Positions 9,859 through 17,968 of a DNA stretch of 64,000 bases are shown one piece after another. The DNA is from Spirochaetia bacterium. Its GTDB lineage: Bacteria; Spirochaetota; Spirochaetia; DSM-2461. The position numbers and the translations under genes are program-made. The notes under the pieces were generated by a model. The model did not search any database, was not told the DNA's origin, and worked only from the letters and a program-made list of their open reading frames with translations. Within the stretch, counting starts at the first letter, position 1. Each line of letters begins with the position of its first letter. The stretch lies in assembly GCA_963668315.1 (NCBI GenBank), contig OY764216.1:2592001-2656000 (forward strand), written 5' to 3'.

Positions 9859-10067
9859 TTTAACTCCTTTGTGTTTATTTAATCTAAATCTTTAAGCTTT
9901 TCATTATATAGCTTTACAGAAAACGAATAAAAAGTCAATGATAAAGGCAACCCCGTCGTAAAGCCGGTATGATGTAGGGAAAAGGAGGGGGATGGAATTT
10001 ACAGAAACTTTTATCTGGGATATAAATAGATAAAAAAATACTTTGAAAAAAAACGAGGTCCGGCGGG

Positions 10068-10442
10068 ATGGAAAAAACAAAAGGAAAAATGGAAGCGGAG
10101 ATAAGCGAAGCGGTAATCCGCTTTGAAAAAGAGTTTATGGGAAGAGGGCCTCTTGAAACAAAAAGCTATATTCTCGACGATATGATTATCGTCAGGCTCA
10201 GAGATGTTCTGACCCCCGCGGAAAAAAAGCTGGCCCAGTCGGACGACCCCAACGACGGAAGAGTCCTTATAAAGAGAATGCGCCATGCGCTCCTGGAGAA
10301 GGGACGGCCCCTGCTGGAAGCGGCGATTTTCAATATAACCGGGGAGAGTGTTATTTCCGTGCATTCCGACTTGAGTACGAAGACGGGGGAGAAGATTATT
10401 ATATTCTCCCTGGATGGAAAACTATTTCTTTCAGAATCATAA
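10068..10442 (+). CDS. DUF2294 / MpsC-family protein
   Basis: KTKGKMEAEIS...FEKEFMGRGP...LTPAEK...HSDLSTKTGEKIIIF signature. Confidence 0.85.
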   Translation: MEKTKGKMEAEISEAVIRFEKEFMGRGPLETKSYILDDMIIVRLRDVLTPAEKKLAQSDDPNDGRVLIKRMRHALLEKGRPLLEAAIFNITGESVISVHSDLSTKTGEKIIIFSLDGKLFLSES

Positions 10443-10444
10443 TT

Positions 10445-10663
10445 GAGGCGTCCGGTTTATTGACGAAAAGCCATATTTGATTAAAATGATCCTTGCTCGT
10501 ATTCAGGGGAGAAAGGGTTGAATAAACCGGTTCTCCTAAGAATCCCGCAGCCCTTTCCAACCCAAGGCTTGCATAGGTCCGGAATATCCGGGCGGCTGCT
10601 AAGATAGGGGATTATACAATATCCGGCAGGCTTGGAAAAATATGACCATGCCGGGACAAGGAG
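10445..10663 (+). promoter_or_regulatory. Structured leader with mutually exclusive helices (candidate RNA switch)
   Basis: Several overlapping complementary segments between the DUF2294 stop and the pckG RBS (see findings). Confidence 0.5.
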
Positions 10664-10669
10664 TAAATA

Positions 10670-12487
10670 ATGTCTGTTCAAACAAAACATGCAAAATTGA
10701 ATGCATGGGTTAAGGAGATCGCCGATCTCTGTACCCCCGACAGTGTAGTTCTCTGTGACGGAAGTCAGGCGGAATACGATGAAATGATTAAAATCTGTGT
10801 GGATGGCGGTCTGGCTATTCCCCTGAACGAGAAGAAGAGACCCGGTTCGGTTCTTTTCTCTTCCGATCCCTCCGACGTGGCCCGTGTCGAAGCGCGTACC
10901 TATATCGCTTCCGAGACCAAAGAAGCCGCCGGTCCCACCAACAACTGGATCGATCCCAAAGAACTGAAGACCACGATGAAAGGTTATTACCAGGGATGTA
11001 TGAAGGGCAGAACCATGTACGTGATCCCCTTCTCCATGGGACCTGTCGGTTCCAACATCGCCAAGATCGGTGTTGAAATCACCGACTCCGCCTATGTTGT
11101 AGCCAATATGCACATCATGACCCGCGTGGGAAGCAAAGTTATGGACGTTCTCGGTTCCGACGGTGAGTTCATCGAGTGTCTCCACTCCGTGGGCAAGCCC
11201 CTGGCCGAAGGCGAAAGCGACGAGGGCAAATGGCCCTGCGCTCCCATCGAAGATAAATATATCTCCCACTTCCCCGAAACAAGACAGATCTGGTCTTACG
11301 GTTCCGGTTACGGTGGAAACGCTCTTCTGGGTAAGAAGTGTCTGGCCCTGAGAATCGCCAGCGTTGTCGCCCGTGATGAGGGATGGCTCGCCGAGCACAT
11401 GCTCATTCTCAAGATCACCAGCCCCGAAGGCGTTGTCAAGAACGTGGCAGCCGCTTTCCCCTCCGCCTGCGGAAAAACCAACCTGGCCATGCTTATCCCC
11501 ACCATTCCCGGCTGGAAGGTGGAAACCATCGGTGACGATATCGCCTGGATGAAGTACGGTAAAGACGGAAGACTCTACGCCATCAACCCCGAAGCGGGAT
11601 TTTTCGGCGTTGCTCCCGGTACATCGGACGACTCCAACCCCAGCGCCATGAAATCCATTGAGAAAAACACCATTTTCACCAACGTTGCCCTCACTGAGGA
11701 CAAGGATATCTGGTGGGAAGGAATCGGATACGACGCTCCCGGCAAGCTGATCGACTGGAAAGGCAACGAGTGGGTTCAGGACAAAGGCAACAAGGAACAG
11801 GCTCCCGCGGCCCATCCCAATGCCCGTTTTACCGCTCCCGCTTCCCAGTGTCCCGTAATCGCTTCCGAATGGGAAGATCCCAAGGGTGTACCGATTGACG
11901 CTATCCTCTTCGGCGGACGCCGCCCCAGCACCATTCCCCTGGTTCACCAGGCCAAGAGCTGGAACCACGGTGTTTTCATGGGCTCCATCGTAGGTTCGGA
12001 AGTAACCGCCGCCGCTCTGGACATCAAGGCCGGTACCATCCGCCGCGATCCCTTTGCCATGCTTCCCTTCTGCGGATACCACATGGGAGAATACTTCAAG
12101 CACTGGATCGAAGTGGGCAAGAAATCCACCGAAGACAAGCTTCCCAAGATTTTCTTTGTCAACTGGTTCCGCAAGACCGCCGAAGGCAAATGGCTCTGGC
12201 CCGGTTACGGTGACAACAGCCGCGTTCTGAAGTGGGTTTTCCAGCAGTGTGAAGGCACCGGTGATTTCGTTGAGACTCCCATCGGCAACATGCCCACCAT
12301 TGACGCTATCGACAGACCCGAAGGTGTTTCTGCCGAGGATATGAAGGAACTCCTTTCCGTTGATAAGGAAGGATGGCTCAAGGAGCTGGCCGACGTTCGG
12401 GACAATCACTATCCCAAATTCGGCGACAAGCTTCCTTCCGAGCTGACCGAATTCCTGAACTCCGTTGAAGCTTCCCTCAAGGGCTGA
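10670..12487 (+). CDS. pckG: Phosphoenolpyruvate carboxykinase (GTP), canonical clade
   Basis: [67 protein letters not shown]. Confidence 0.95.
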   Translation: MSVQTKHAKLNAWVKEIADLCTPDSVVLCDGSQAEYDEMIKICVDGGLAIPLNEKKRPGSVLFSSDPSDVARVEARTYIASETKEAAGPTNNWIDPKELKTTMKGYYQGCMKGRTMYVIPFSMGPVGSNIAKIGVEITDSAYVVANMHIMTRVGSKVMDVLGSDGEFIECLHSVGKPLAEGESDEGKWPCAPIEDKYISHFPETRQIWSYGSGYGGNALLGKKCLALRIASVVARDEGWLAEHMLILKITSPEGVVKNVAAAFPSACGKTNLAMLIPTIPGWKVETIGDDIAWMKYGKDGRLYAINPEAGFFGVAPGTSDDSNPSAMKSIEKNTIFTNVALTEDKDIWWEGIGYDAPGKLIDWKGNEWVQDKGNKEQAPAAHPNARFTAPASQCPVIASEWEDPKGVPIDAILFGGRRPSTIPLVHQAKSWNHGVFMGSIVGSEVTAAALDIKAGTIRRDPFAMLPFCGYHMGEYFKHWIEVGKKSTEDKLPKIFFVNWFRKTAEGKWLWPGYGDNSRVLKWVFQQCEGTGDFVETPIGNMPTIDAIDRPEGVSAEDMKELLSVDKEGWLKELADVRDNHYPKFGDKLPSELTEFLNSVEASLKG

Positions 12488-12507
12488 TTTTCCGGCAGGG
12501 AATAATT

Positions 12508-12543
12508 AAAAGGGCCGTCCCGGCATATGCGGGACGGCCCTTA
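12508..12543. terminator. Bidirectional terminator between convergent pckG and the aldo/keto reductase
   Basis: AAGGGCCGTCCCG/CGGGACGGCCCTT 13-bp stem. Confidence 0.8.
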
Positions 12544-12585
12544 TCAGTTTATAACAGCCTTTCGCGGCTGTGTTCAGTCAGGCTT

Positions 12586-13560
12586 CTACTTCCTGAGAAT
12601 CTCCTCTATTTTCTCCAGTTCCTCTCCGCTCAAAGCCGGTGCCTCCAGTGCCGTCAGGCTGTCTTCAAGCTGTTCCATACGGCTGGCCCCCACTATGGCG
12701 GAGGTAACTCCCTTATGACGCAGAACCCAGGTGACGGCCAGAGAGGCGAGGGATTGTCCTCTCTCCCGGGCGAGGCCGTTCAATTCCCCGGCCTTTTCGA
12801 TGAGGCTTTCGGTTATATTGGCTTCCTTCAGAAACAGATTTTTCGCCGCCCGGGAATCTCCGGGGATACCGTTCAGGTAACGGTTCGTCAGAAGGCCCTG
12901 GGCCAGGGGAGAAAACACGGTAATGCCCGTGCCGCTGACTTCCAGAACATGATCGAGCATGCCTTCGAGGCTGCGGTCCAGCATATTATAGCGGCCCTGA
13001 TAAACCACACAGGGCGTTCCCAGGGACTTCAGTATCTCCAGCGCGCTGCTGGCGGCGGCGGCCGGATATTTTGACAGGCCCGCATAAAGGGCTCTTCCCG
13101 ACCTTACCGCATAGTCCAGGGCCGTCATGGTCTCTTCAAGGGGGGTATCGGGATCGTATCTGTGGGAATAGAAGATATCCACATGATCCAGCTTCATGCG
13201 TTTGAGGCTCTGATCAAGGCTGGTAATGAGGTGTTTGCGGCTTCCCCAGTCTCCGTAGGGACCTTCCCACATGGGGTGGCCCGCTTTGGTGGAGAGGATG
13301 ATTTCATGTCGGTGGGAATGAAGGGATCTTTCCATGATTTTCCCGAAGGTGCTCTCCGCACTTCCCGGAGGAGGCCCGTAGTTGTTTGCCAGGTCGAAAT
13401 GGGTAATTCCCCGGTCAAAGGCTCCCATGACAAGAGCCTCGCATTTATCAATGTCATCCCCGGCACCGAAATTATGCCAGAGCCCCAGGGAGAGGGCGGG
13501 GAGTTTAAGCCCGCTCCGTCCGCATCTTCTGTATTCCATTTTGTCGTATCGCCCCATCAT
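12586..13560 (-). CDS. Aldo/keto reductase, L-glyceraldehyde-3-phosphate reductase (YghZ/Gpr)-like
   Basis: YRRCGRSGLKLPALSLGLWHNFG, FDLANNYGPPPGSAE, GPYGDWGSRK. Confidence 0.9.
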   Translation of the reverse strand: MMGRYDKMEYRRCGRSGLKLPALSLGLWHNFGAGDDIDKCEALVMGAFDRGITHFDLANNYGPPPGSAESTFGKIMERSLHSHRHEIILSTKAGHPMWEGPYGDWGSRKHLITSLDQSLKRMKLDHVDIFYSHRYDPDTPLEETMTALDYAVRSGRALYAGLSKYPAAAASSALEILKSLGTPCVVYQGRYNMLDRSLEGMLDHVLEVSGTGITVFSPLAQGLLTNRYLNGIPGDSRAAKNLFLKEANITESLIEKAGELNGLARERGQSLASLAVTWVLRHKGVTSAIVGASRMEQLEDSLTALEAPALSGEELEKIEEILRK

Positions 13561-14720
13561 ATTCCTCCTGCAAGTGCGGTAAAGAGGGTGACACCCGCGG
13601 CGATCACCCTGTCGTTGAAATCAAACCGGGACGTGTGGAGGGACGGCCAGTCAGCCCCCAGTCCCAGCTGAAAGAAACATCCCGGAGCTTTCTCCAGGCA
13701 GAAGGCGAAGTCCTCGGCTATCATATCGGCCTTATCCGCCCGAACGGCCGAGCTCTGCCCGAAGAGGGAACCCGCCAGGGAGAGTACCTTGTCGGCATGG
13801 GCCGGATCGTTGATAACGGGCAGATCATACCGCCTGTCGAAACTGTCGGTTACGGACGTGCCGCTCCGTACCGCTTCTTCCGCCGCCAGCCTTTTCAATT
13901 CGCCGTAAAGGTGATTCCCCTGTTCCCGTGCCAGGTAGCGGGTGGTGCCTTCCACGGTGCATCTGTCGGGGATGATATTGGCGCTGGAGCCTCCGGATAC
14001 GATACAGGCGGATACGACCGAACCGGTCTCACCGTTGACGCGGCCGTGCAGTTCTTCCGCGTCCAGAATGAACCGGGCGGCGGAGGGCAGGGGGTTGAGT
14101 CCGTTTTCAGGGGTGGCTCCGTGGGTGCCCCGGCCGGTGAAGGTAAAGGAGAACGTATCGGTGGCGGCCATCAGGGTGCCCTCTCGGGTTCTGATCTGTC
14201 CTTCCCCGATTCCCGGCCATCCGTGCAGGGCGTAGGACTCGGTGCAGTTGTCATAGGCCCCCCTTTCCGCGAGAGTCCGTCCGGCACAGCGCATCTCTTC
14301 TCCCGGCTGGAAGACGAAGCGAACCCTCCGGGTGAGATGCCCTCTCCGGGAACAGAGAGCTTTTGCCGCTCCGACCAGGATGGCCATGTGCCCGTCGTGT
14401 CCGCAGGCGTGCATTCTGCCCTCGTGAACGGATTTCCAGCCCCTCTCCTCCTCTTCGGTAATCATCAGGCCGTCCATGTCGGCCCTCAGAATGACCGTAT
14501 CCTCCCAGGTCCCCGAAGGGAGCAGATCGGCAACAATATCCGTGCCTATATAGGGTTCGTGGAAAATCAGGGGAAGACCGGAAAGTTCCTCCATGAGTCT
14601 TGCTTTTGTTTTATGTTCTTCCAGGGCGATTTCGGGGATACGGTGAAGATCGCGGCGGAGAAGGGTTAATTCCTCTGTAAGATTCGGAAAAAGTGTGTTA
14701 AAATCATCAGGACTGTTCAT
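13557..14720 (-). CDS. M20 family amidohydrolase
   Basis: RRDLHRIPE, LRADMDGL, MHACGHDGH, FQPGEE, AEDF. Confidence 0.9.
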   Translation of the reverse strand: MNSPDDFNTLFPNLTEELTLLRRDLHRIPEIALEEHKTKARLMEELSGLPLIFHEPYIGTDIVADLLPSGTWEDTVILRADMDGLMITEEEERGWKSVHEGRMHACGHDGHMAILVGAAKALCSRRGHLTRRVRFVFQPGEEMRCAGRTLAERGAYDNCTESYALHGWPGIGEGQIRTREGTLMAATDTFSFTFTGRGTHGATPENGLNPLPSAARFILDAEELHGRVNGETGSVVSACIVSGGSSANIIPDRCTVEGTTRYLAREQGNHLYGELKRLAAEEAVRSGTSVTDSFDRRYDLPVINDPAHADKVLSLAGSLFGQSSAVRADKADMIAEDFAFCLEKAPGCFFQLGLGADWPSLHTSRFDFNDRVIAAGVTLFTALAGGI

Positions 14721-14782
14721 GATTCCATCTTAAAGTAAGTTCCTGGAAATAACAATGAGGTTCGGAAAGGAATAATATTTCC

Positions 14783-14818
14783 GGACGAAATGGACAAATG
14801 AGGACATTTATGGTCAAT
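14783..14818 (+). promoter_or_regulatory. Phased GGAC direct-repeat operator
   Basis: GGAC at 14783, 14792 and 14802, and GGTC at 14812. Near-copy at 36432-36466 on the minus strand. Confidence 0.65.
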
Positions 14819-14907
14819 AGGGGAAAATAGGGGTGAATAATCTTCCCTAGAAATTCAAATTATGATATTTTATACTTGTTAAATAAAGATTAGGAGGAGT
14901 CAGGAAA

Positions 14908-15360
14908 ATGTATGAATTAGATTCCTATATGGATGTTAAGAATATTAGTTTCATCCAGGAAAGTTCTAAGGAAAAAGTACTGGAAAAAATGGTACAGCTG
15001 AGTTTTGATAACGGAAAGATAAGGGACCTGGATAGCTTCAAGAATGCTATTTTCGACAGGGAAGGAATTATGAGCACCGGCCTCGGACTGGGACTGGCCG
15101 TGCCCCATGCCAAGCTGAAGGGGATCGATGAGTTTTTCGTTACCATCGGAATCCTGAAAAATCCCGTGGAGTGGCAGGCTATCGATGATCAGCCCGTTTC
15201 TCTTGTTTTCATGATAGGCGGTCCCGATAACAGACAGCAGGATTATCTGGGTATTCTTTCAAAGCTGGTCCTTTTCACCAAAAACAGCGACCGCCATGAA
15301 GGACTTCTGAAAGCTTCCACTCCTGAGGATGTCATCAAGTTATTCATATCGAGAAATTAA
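14908..15360 (+). CDS. PTS EIIA (Fru/Ntr-type) stand-alone protein
   Basis: REGIMSTGLGLGLAVPHAK with phospho-His; GGAGGAG RBS. Confidence 0.9.
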   Translation: MYELDSYMDVKNISFIQESSKEKVLEKMVQLSFDNGKIRDLDSFKNAIFDREGIMSTGLGLGLAVPHAKLKGIDEFFVTIGILKNPVEWQAIDDQPVSLVFMIGGPDNRQQDYLGILSKLVLFTKNSDRHEGLLKASTPEDVIKLFISRN

Positions 15361-15363
15361 GCC

Positions 15364-16584
15364 ATGGAAGAGATCCCCTCGTTTATCTATCTGGCGGTTA
15401 TTTTTCTGGCCGCCTTCTTGACCAAGAAAGTTACGGAAAAAATAAAGATCCCCGAAGTAACCGGATTTGTGCTGGTCGGCGTGATGCTGGGAGTTTCCCT
15501 CCTGCACGTACTCAGCCCCGAGACGGTGGAACGCTTATCGGGCATCAGTACTGTCGCTCTGGGCATCATCGCTTTTATCATCGGTGTCGAACTGAGGCTG
15601 GATGTCATCAAGAAACTGGGACGATCGGTTTTAATGATCGTGCTTTTCGAATGTCTGGGAGCCTTTGCCATCGTCTATTTTGTTCTGATGCTGCTCTATC
15701 CGGACAACCCCTATCTGGCGCTGCTGCTGGGATCGGTCGCCTCTGCCACCGCTCCGGCTGCCACGATAGCCGTCATCAAGCAGTACAAAGCCAAGGGGTC
15801 CCTTACGTCTACGGTTATTGCCGTGGTGGGTATTGATGACGCCATGGCGCTCATTATATATGTTTTTGCCTCCAGTATCGTGAAGGCAGGCCTGACCGGG
15901 GGACACGCCCAGATGATTATGATCGTGGGAAGCACCCTTCTGTCCATCGGGGAGTCAATCGTCTGCGGTACCATCTGCGCCTTTCTTCTGAAGCTCCTTC
16001 TGAACAAGGTGAGGGAGACGGAGCTGATCCTCTTTCTTCTGGCCGCCGTCATAATGGGACTTCTCGGGGTCAGCGAAATCCTGGGGATCAGCGAGCTGCT
16101 CTCTATCATGTCCTTCGGATGTGTTCTGGTGAATATCGCACCCCAGCTGGCGAAAAGGAGCGGCGGTCTCATTGAGAATTTCTCCCCCATCTTTCTTGCG
16201 GCGTTTTTCCTCCTGGGTGGAGCCCACCTGGACCTGCGTCTTCTGAAGCAGATCGGGGTCATGGGGCTCATCTATTTCGCTTCCCGGAGTGTCGGAAAAA
16301 TGGGCGGGGCCTCCATAGGCGCCGTACTGGGGAAAGCTCCCAGAACAGTTAAGAAATACATCGGATTCACCCTGCTGCCCCAGGTCGGAGTCGCCCTGGC
16401 TCTGGCCCTGTCCATCAGCAAGGAGTTCACAAAACCCGTATATGGTGATATGGGGAATCAGATGGCGACCATTATCATCAACATTTTATTATTCACAACC
16501 ATTATAACAGAGATCGTCGGACCGATGCTCACCCGTTTTGCCTTGAAGAAGGCCGGAGAGATAACCGTCGGAGCTCAGGAATGA
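15364..16584 (+). CDS. Cation:proton antiporter (CPA family)
   Basis: Highly hydrophobic; KIPEVTG, ATAPAAT, VGIDDA, LLPQVGVAL. Confidence 0.85.
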   Translation: MEEIPSFIYLAVIFLAAFLTKKVTEKIKIPEVTGFVLVGVMLGVSLLHVLSPETVERLSGISTVALGIIAFIIGVELRLDVIKKLGRSVLMIVLFECLGAFAIVYFVLMLLYPDNPYLALLLGSVASATAPAATIAVIKQYKAKGSLTSTVIAVVGIDDAMALIIYVFASSIVKAGLTGGHAQMIMIVGSTLLSIGESIVCGTICAFLLKLLLNKVRETELILFLLAAVIMGLLGVSEILGISELLSIMSFGCVLVNIAPQLAKRSGGLIENFSPIFLAAFFLLGGAHLDLRLLKQIGVMGLIYFASRSVGKMGGASIGAVLGKAPRTVKKYIGFTLLPQVGVALALALSISKEFTKPVYGDMGNQMATIIINILLFTTIITEIVGPMLTRFALKKAGEITVGAQE

Positions 16585-16946
16585 CAAGGGAGGAAAGCAT
16601 GTTTTATCTATTAGTTGAAGTATACGATTCATCATACCGTGAGGATATCTATCTGGCTTTGCAGAGTATCGGCGTGCAGCGTGCCATTACTCTGGATGCC
16701 CAGAATATAGCCGGCGCCCTATCCGATGAGCAGACCTTTTTCACCGGCTTCTTCCGTTCCGATAAGTTTGATTCGGGAAGCATTCTGCTGATTCAGGCCC
16801 AGATCGGAAGCAAGGAACAGGCCCGGGAATTTCTCTCCAACCTCAGGGAGGCGGGTGTCGCCATCGACGATGAGGATATTCTCAGTCTGACCCTTGTCCC
16901 CGTGGCGGCCGGTTTTTCCCGGCAGAACGGATTCAGGGAGAATTAA
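16581..16946 (+). CDS. PII-like (ferredoxin-fold) small protein
   Basis: ATGA overlap with the antiporter. The pattern FYLLVEV / REDIYLALQSIGV / ITLDAQ / LLIQAQI / LTLVPV parallels PII secondary structure. Confidence 0.55.
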   Translation: MTREESMFYLLVEVYDSSYREDIYLALQSIGVQRAITLDAQNIAGALSDEQTFFTGFFRSDKFDSGSILLIQAQIGSKEQAREFLSNLREAGVAIDDEDILSLTLVPVAAGFSRQNGFREN

Positions 16947-17008
16947 ACCGTACCAGGGCCGGAGCGAATGTACTTGCCCCGGCCTGAAGTTTTTCTTATA
17001 CTTGTGCC

Positions 17009-17932
17009 ATGATAAAGAAATTCAAGCTTGACGAGACGGTCAAGGAGCAATATAAGGAACGTCACCGGAACAGAATCTACTCTTTTCTCCTCTCCGGAGG
17101 GGAGTTCCGGGGAAAAATCGTTCATGCCACGCGGGTCATTCAGGAGATGAAAGCCAACCACGAACTGGGACAGCTGGAAACTCTTGTCCTGGGACGGGCC
17201 TATCTAGGGGCCCTCATCATGGCTTCCAATCTGAAACAGGAAGGGCGCATTCAGCTCAGTATCGAGTGCGGCGGCCCGATAGGCGGTTTATCGGTGGAAG
17301 CCGATTCACACGGAACGGTGAGGGGCTATCTCAAGGAGAACCCCATCCCCCTGGAAAAGCCTCTCGAGAGCCTGGATCTCTCATCCCTCTACGGCCCGGG
17401 ATTTATGACCGTGAGCCGGCTGGAGGGGAGTATGAAACAGCCCCATATCAGCCAGGTCATGCTTCAACACGGAAGCATGGGAAAGGATCTGGTCGCCTAT
17501 TATCTCGAATCGGAGCAGGTTCCCTCTTTTTTCGATCTGAGCATCCAGTTCGACGGGAAAGGCGAAGTGTCTTCGGCGGGAGCCCTGTTCATACAGGTCA
17601 TGCCCGGCACGGAGGAGGAGAGGATTGAGGCCCTGGAGGAGAAAGCCCTTTCACTGCCTTCTCCGGGAGTGCGTTTTCTCGAAGGAGTGACTCCCGGTCA
17701 GTATCTGCAGAATAATCTGAAAGAGTTTGAACCGGATATACTCGATTCCAAAACGGTGGAGTTTTTCTGTCCCTGCAGCCGGGACTATTATGTTCCCTAT
17801 CTCAAGGGGCTGAAGAAATCCGACAGGGAGGATATCCGGGAGAAGGGACCTTTCCCTCTGGAAATCCGCTGTCATAACTGCAGCAGTTCCTATGAATTTT
17901 CCCGGGAGGAACTCCAGGATATTCTGGGGTAA
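17009..17932 (+). CDS. hslO: Hsp33 redox chaperone
   Basis: YYLESEQVPS, C-terminal FFCPCSR and CHNC zinc centre. Confidence 0.9.
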   Translation: MIKKFKLDETVKEQYKERHRNRIYSFLLSGGEFRGKIVHATRVIQEMKANHELGQLETLVLGRAYLGALIMASNLKQEGRIQLSIECGGPIGGLSVEADSHGTVRGYLKENPIPLEKPLESLDLSSLYGPGFMTVSRLEGSMKQPHISQVMLQHGSMGKDLVAYYLESEQVPSFFDLSIQFDGKGEVSSAGALFIQVMPGTEEERIEALEEKALSLPSPGVRFLEGVTPGQYLQNNLKEFEPDILDSKTVEFFCPCSRDYYVPYLKGLKKSDREDIREKGPFPLEIRCHNCSSSYEFSREELQDILG

Positions 17933-17968
17933 CCGGCGTATCCGTCCCGCCGAATTGTTCGGGGCGGA

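Noticed and set aside
9945..9965. AGGCAACCCCGTCGTAAAGCC as a c-di-GMP-I riboswitch or a second copy of the DUF2294 hairpin
   Set aside because: It lacks the GAAA-capped P2 and the P3 stem, and the likeness to 10446-10472 is too short to support.
8269..12409. Long antisense ORFs 8269-9732 (+) and 10481-12409 (-)
   Set aside because: They mirror the two PEPCK genes, have no motifs, and are explained by strong codon bias.
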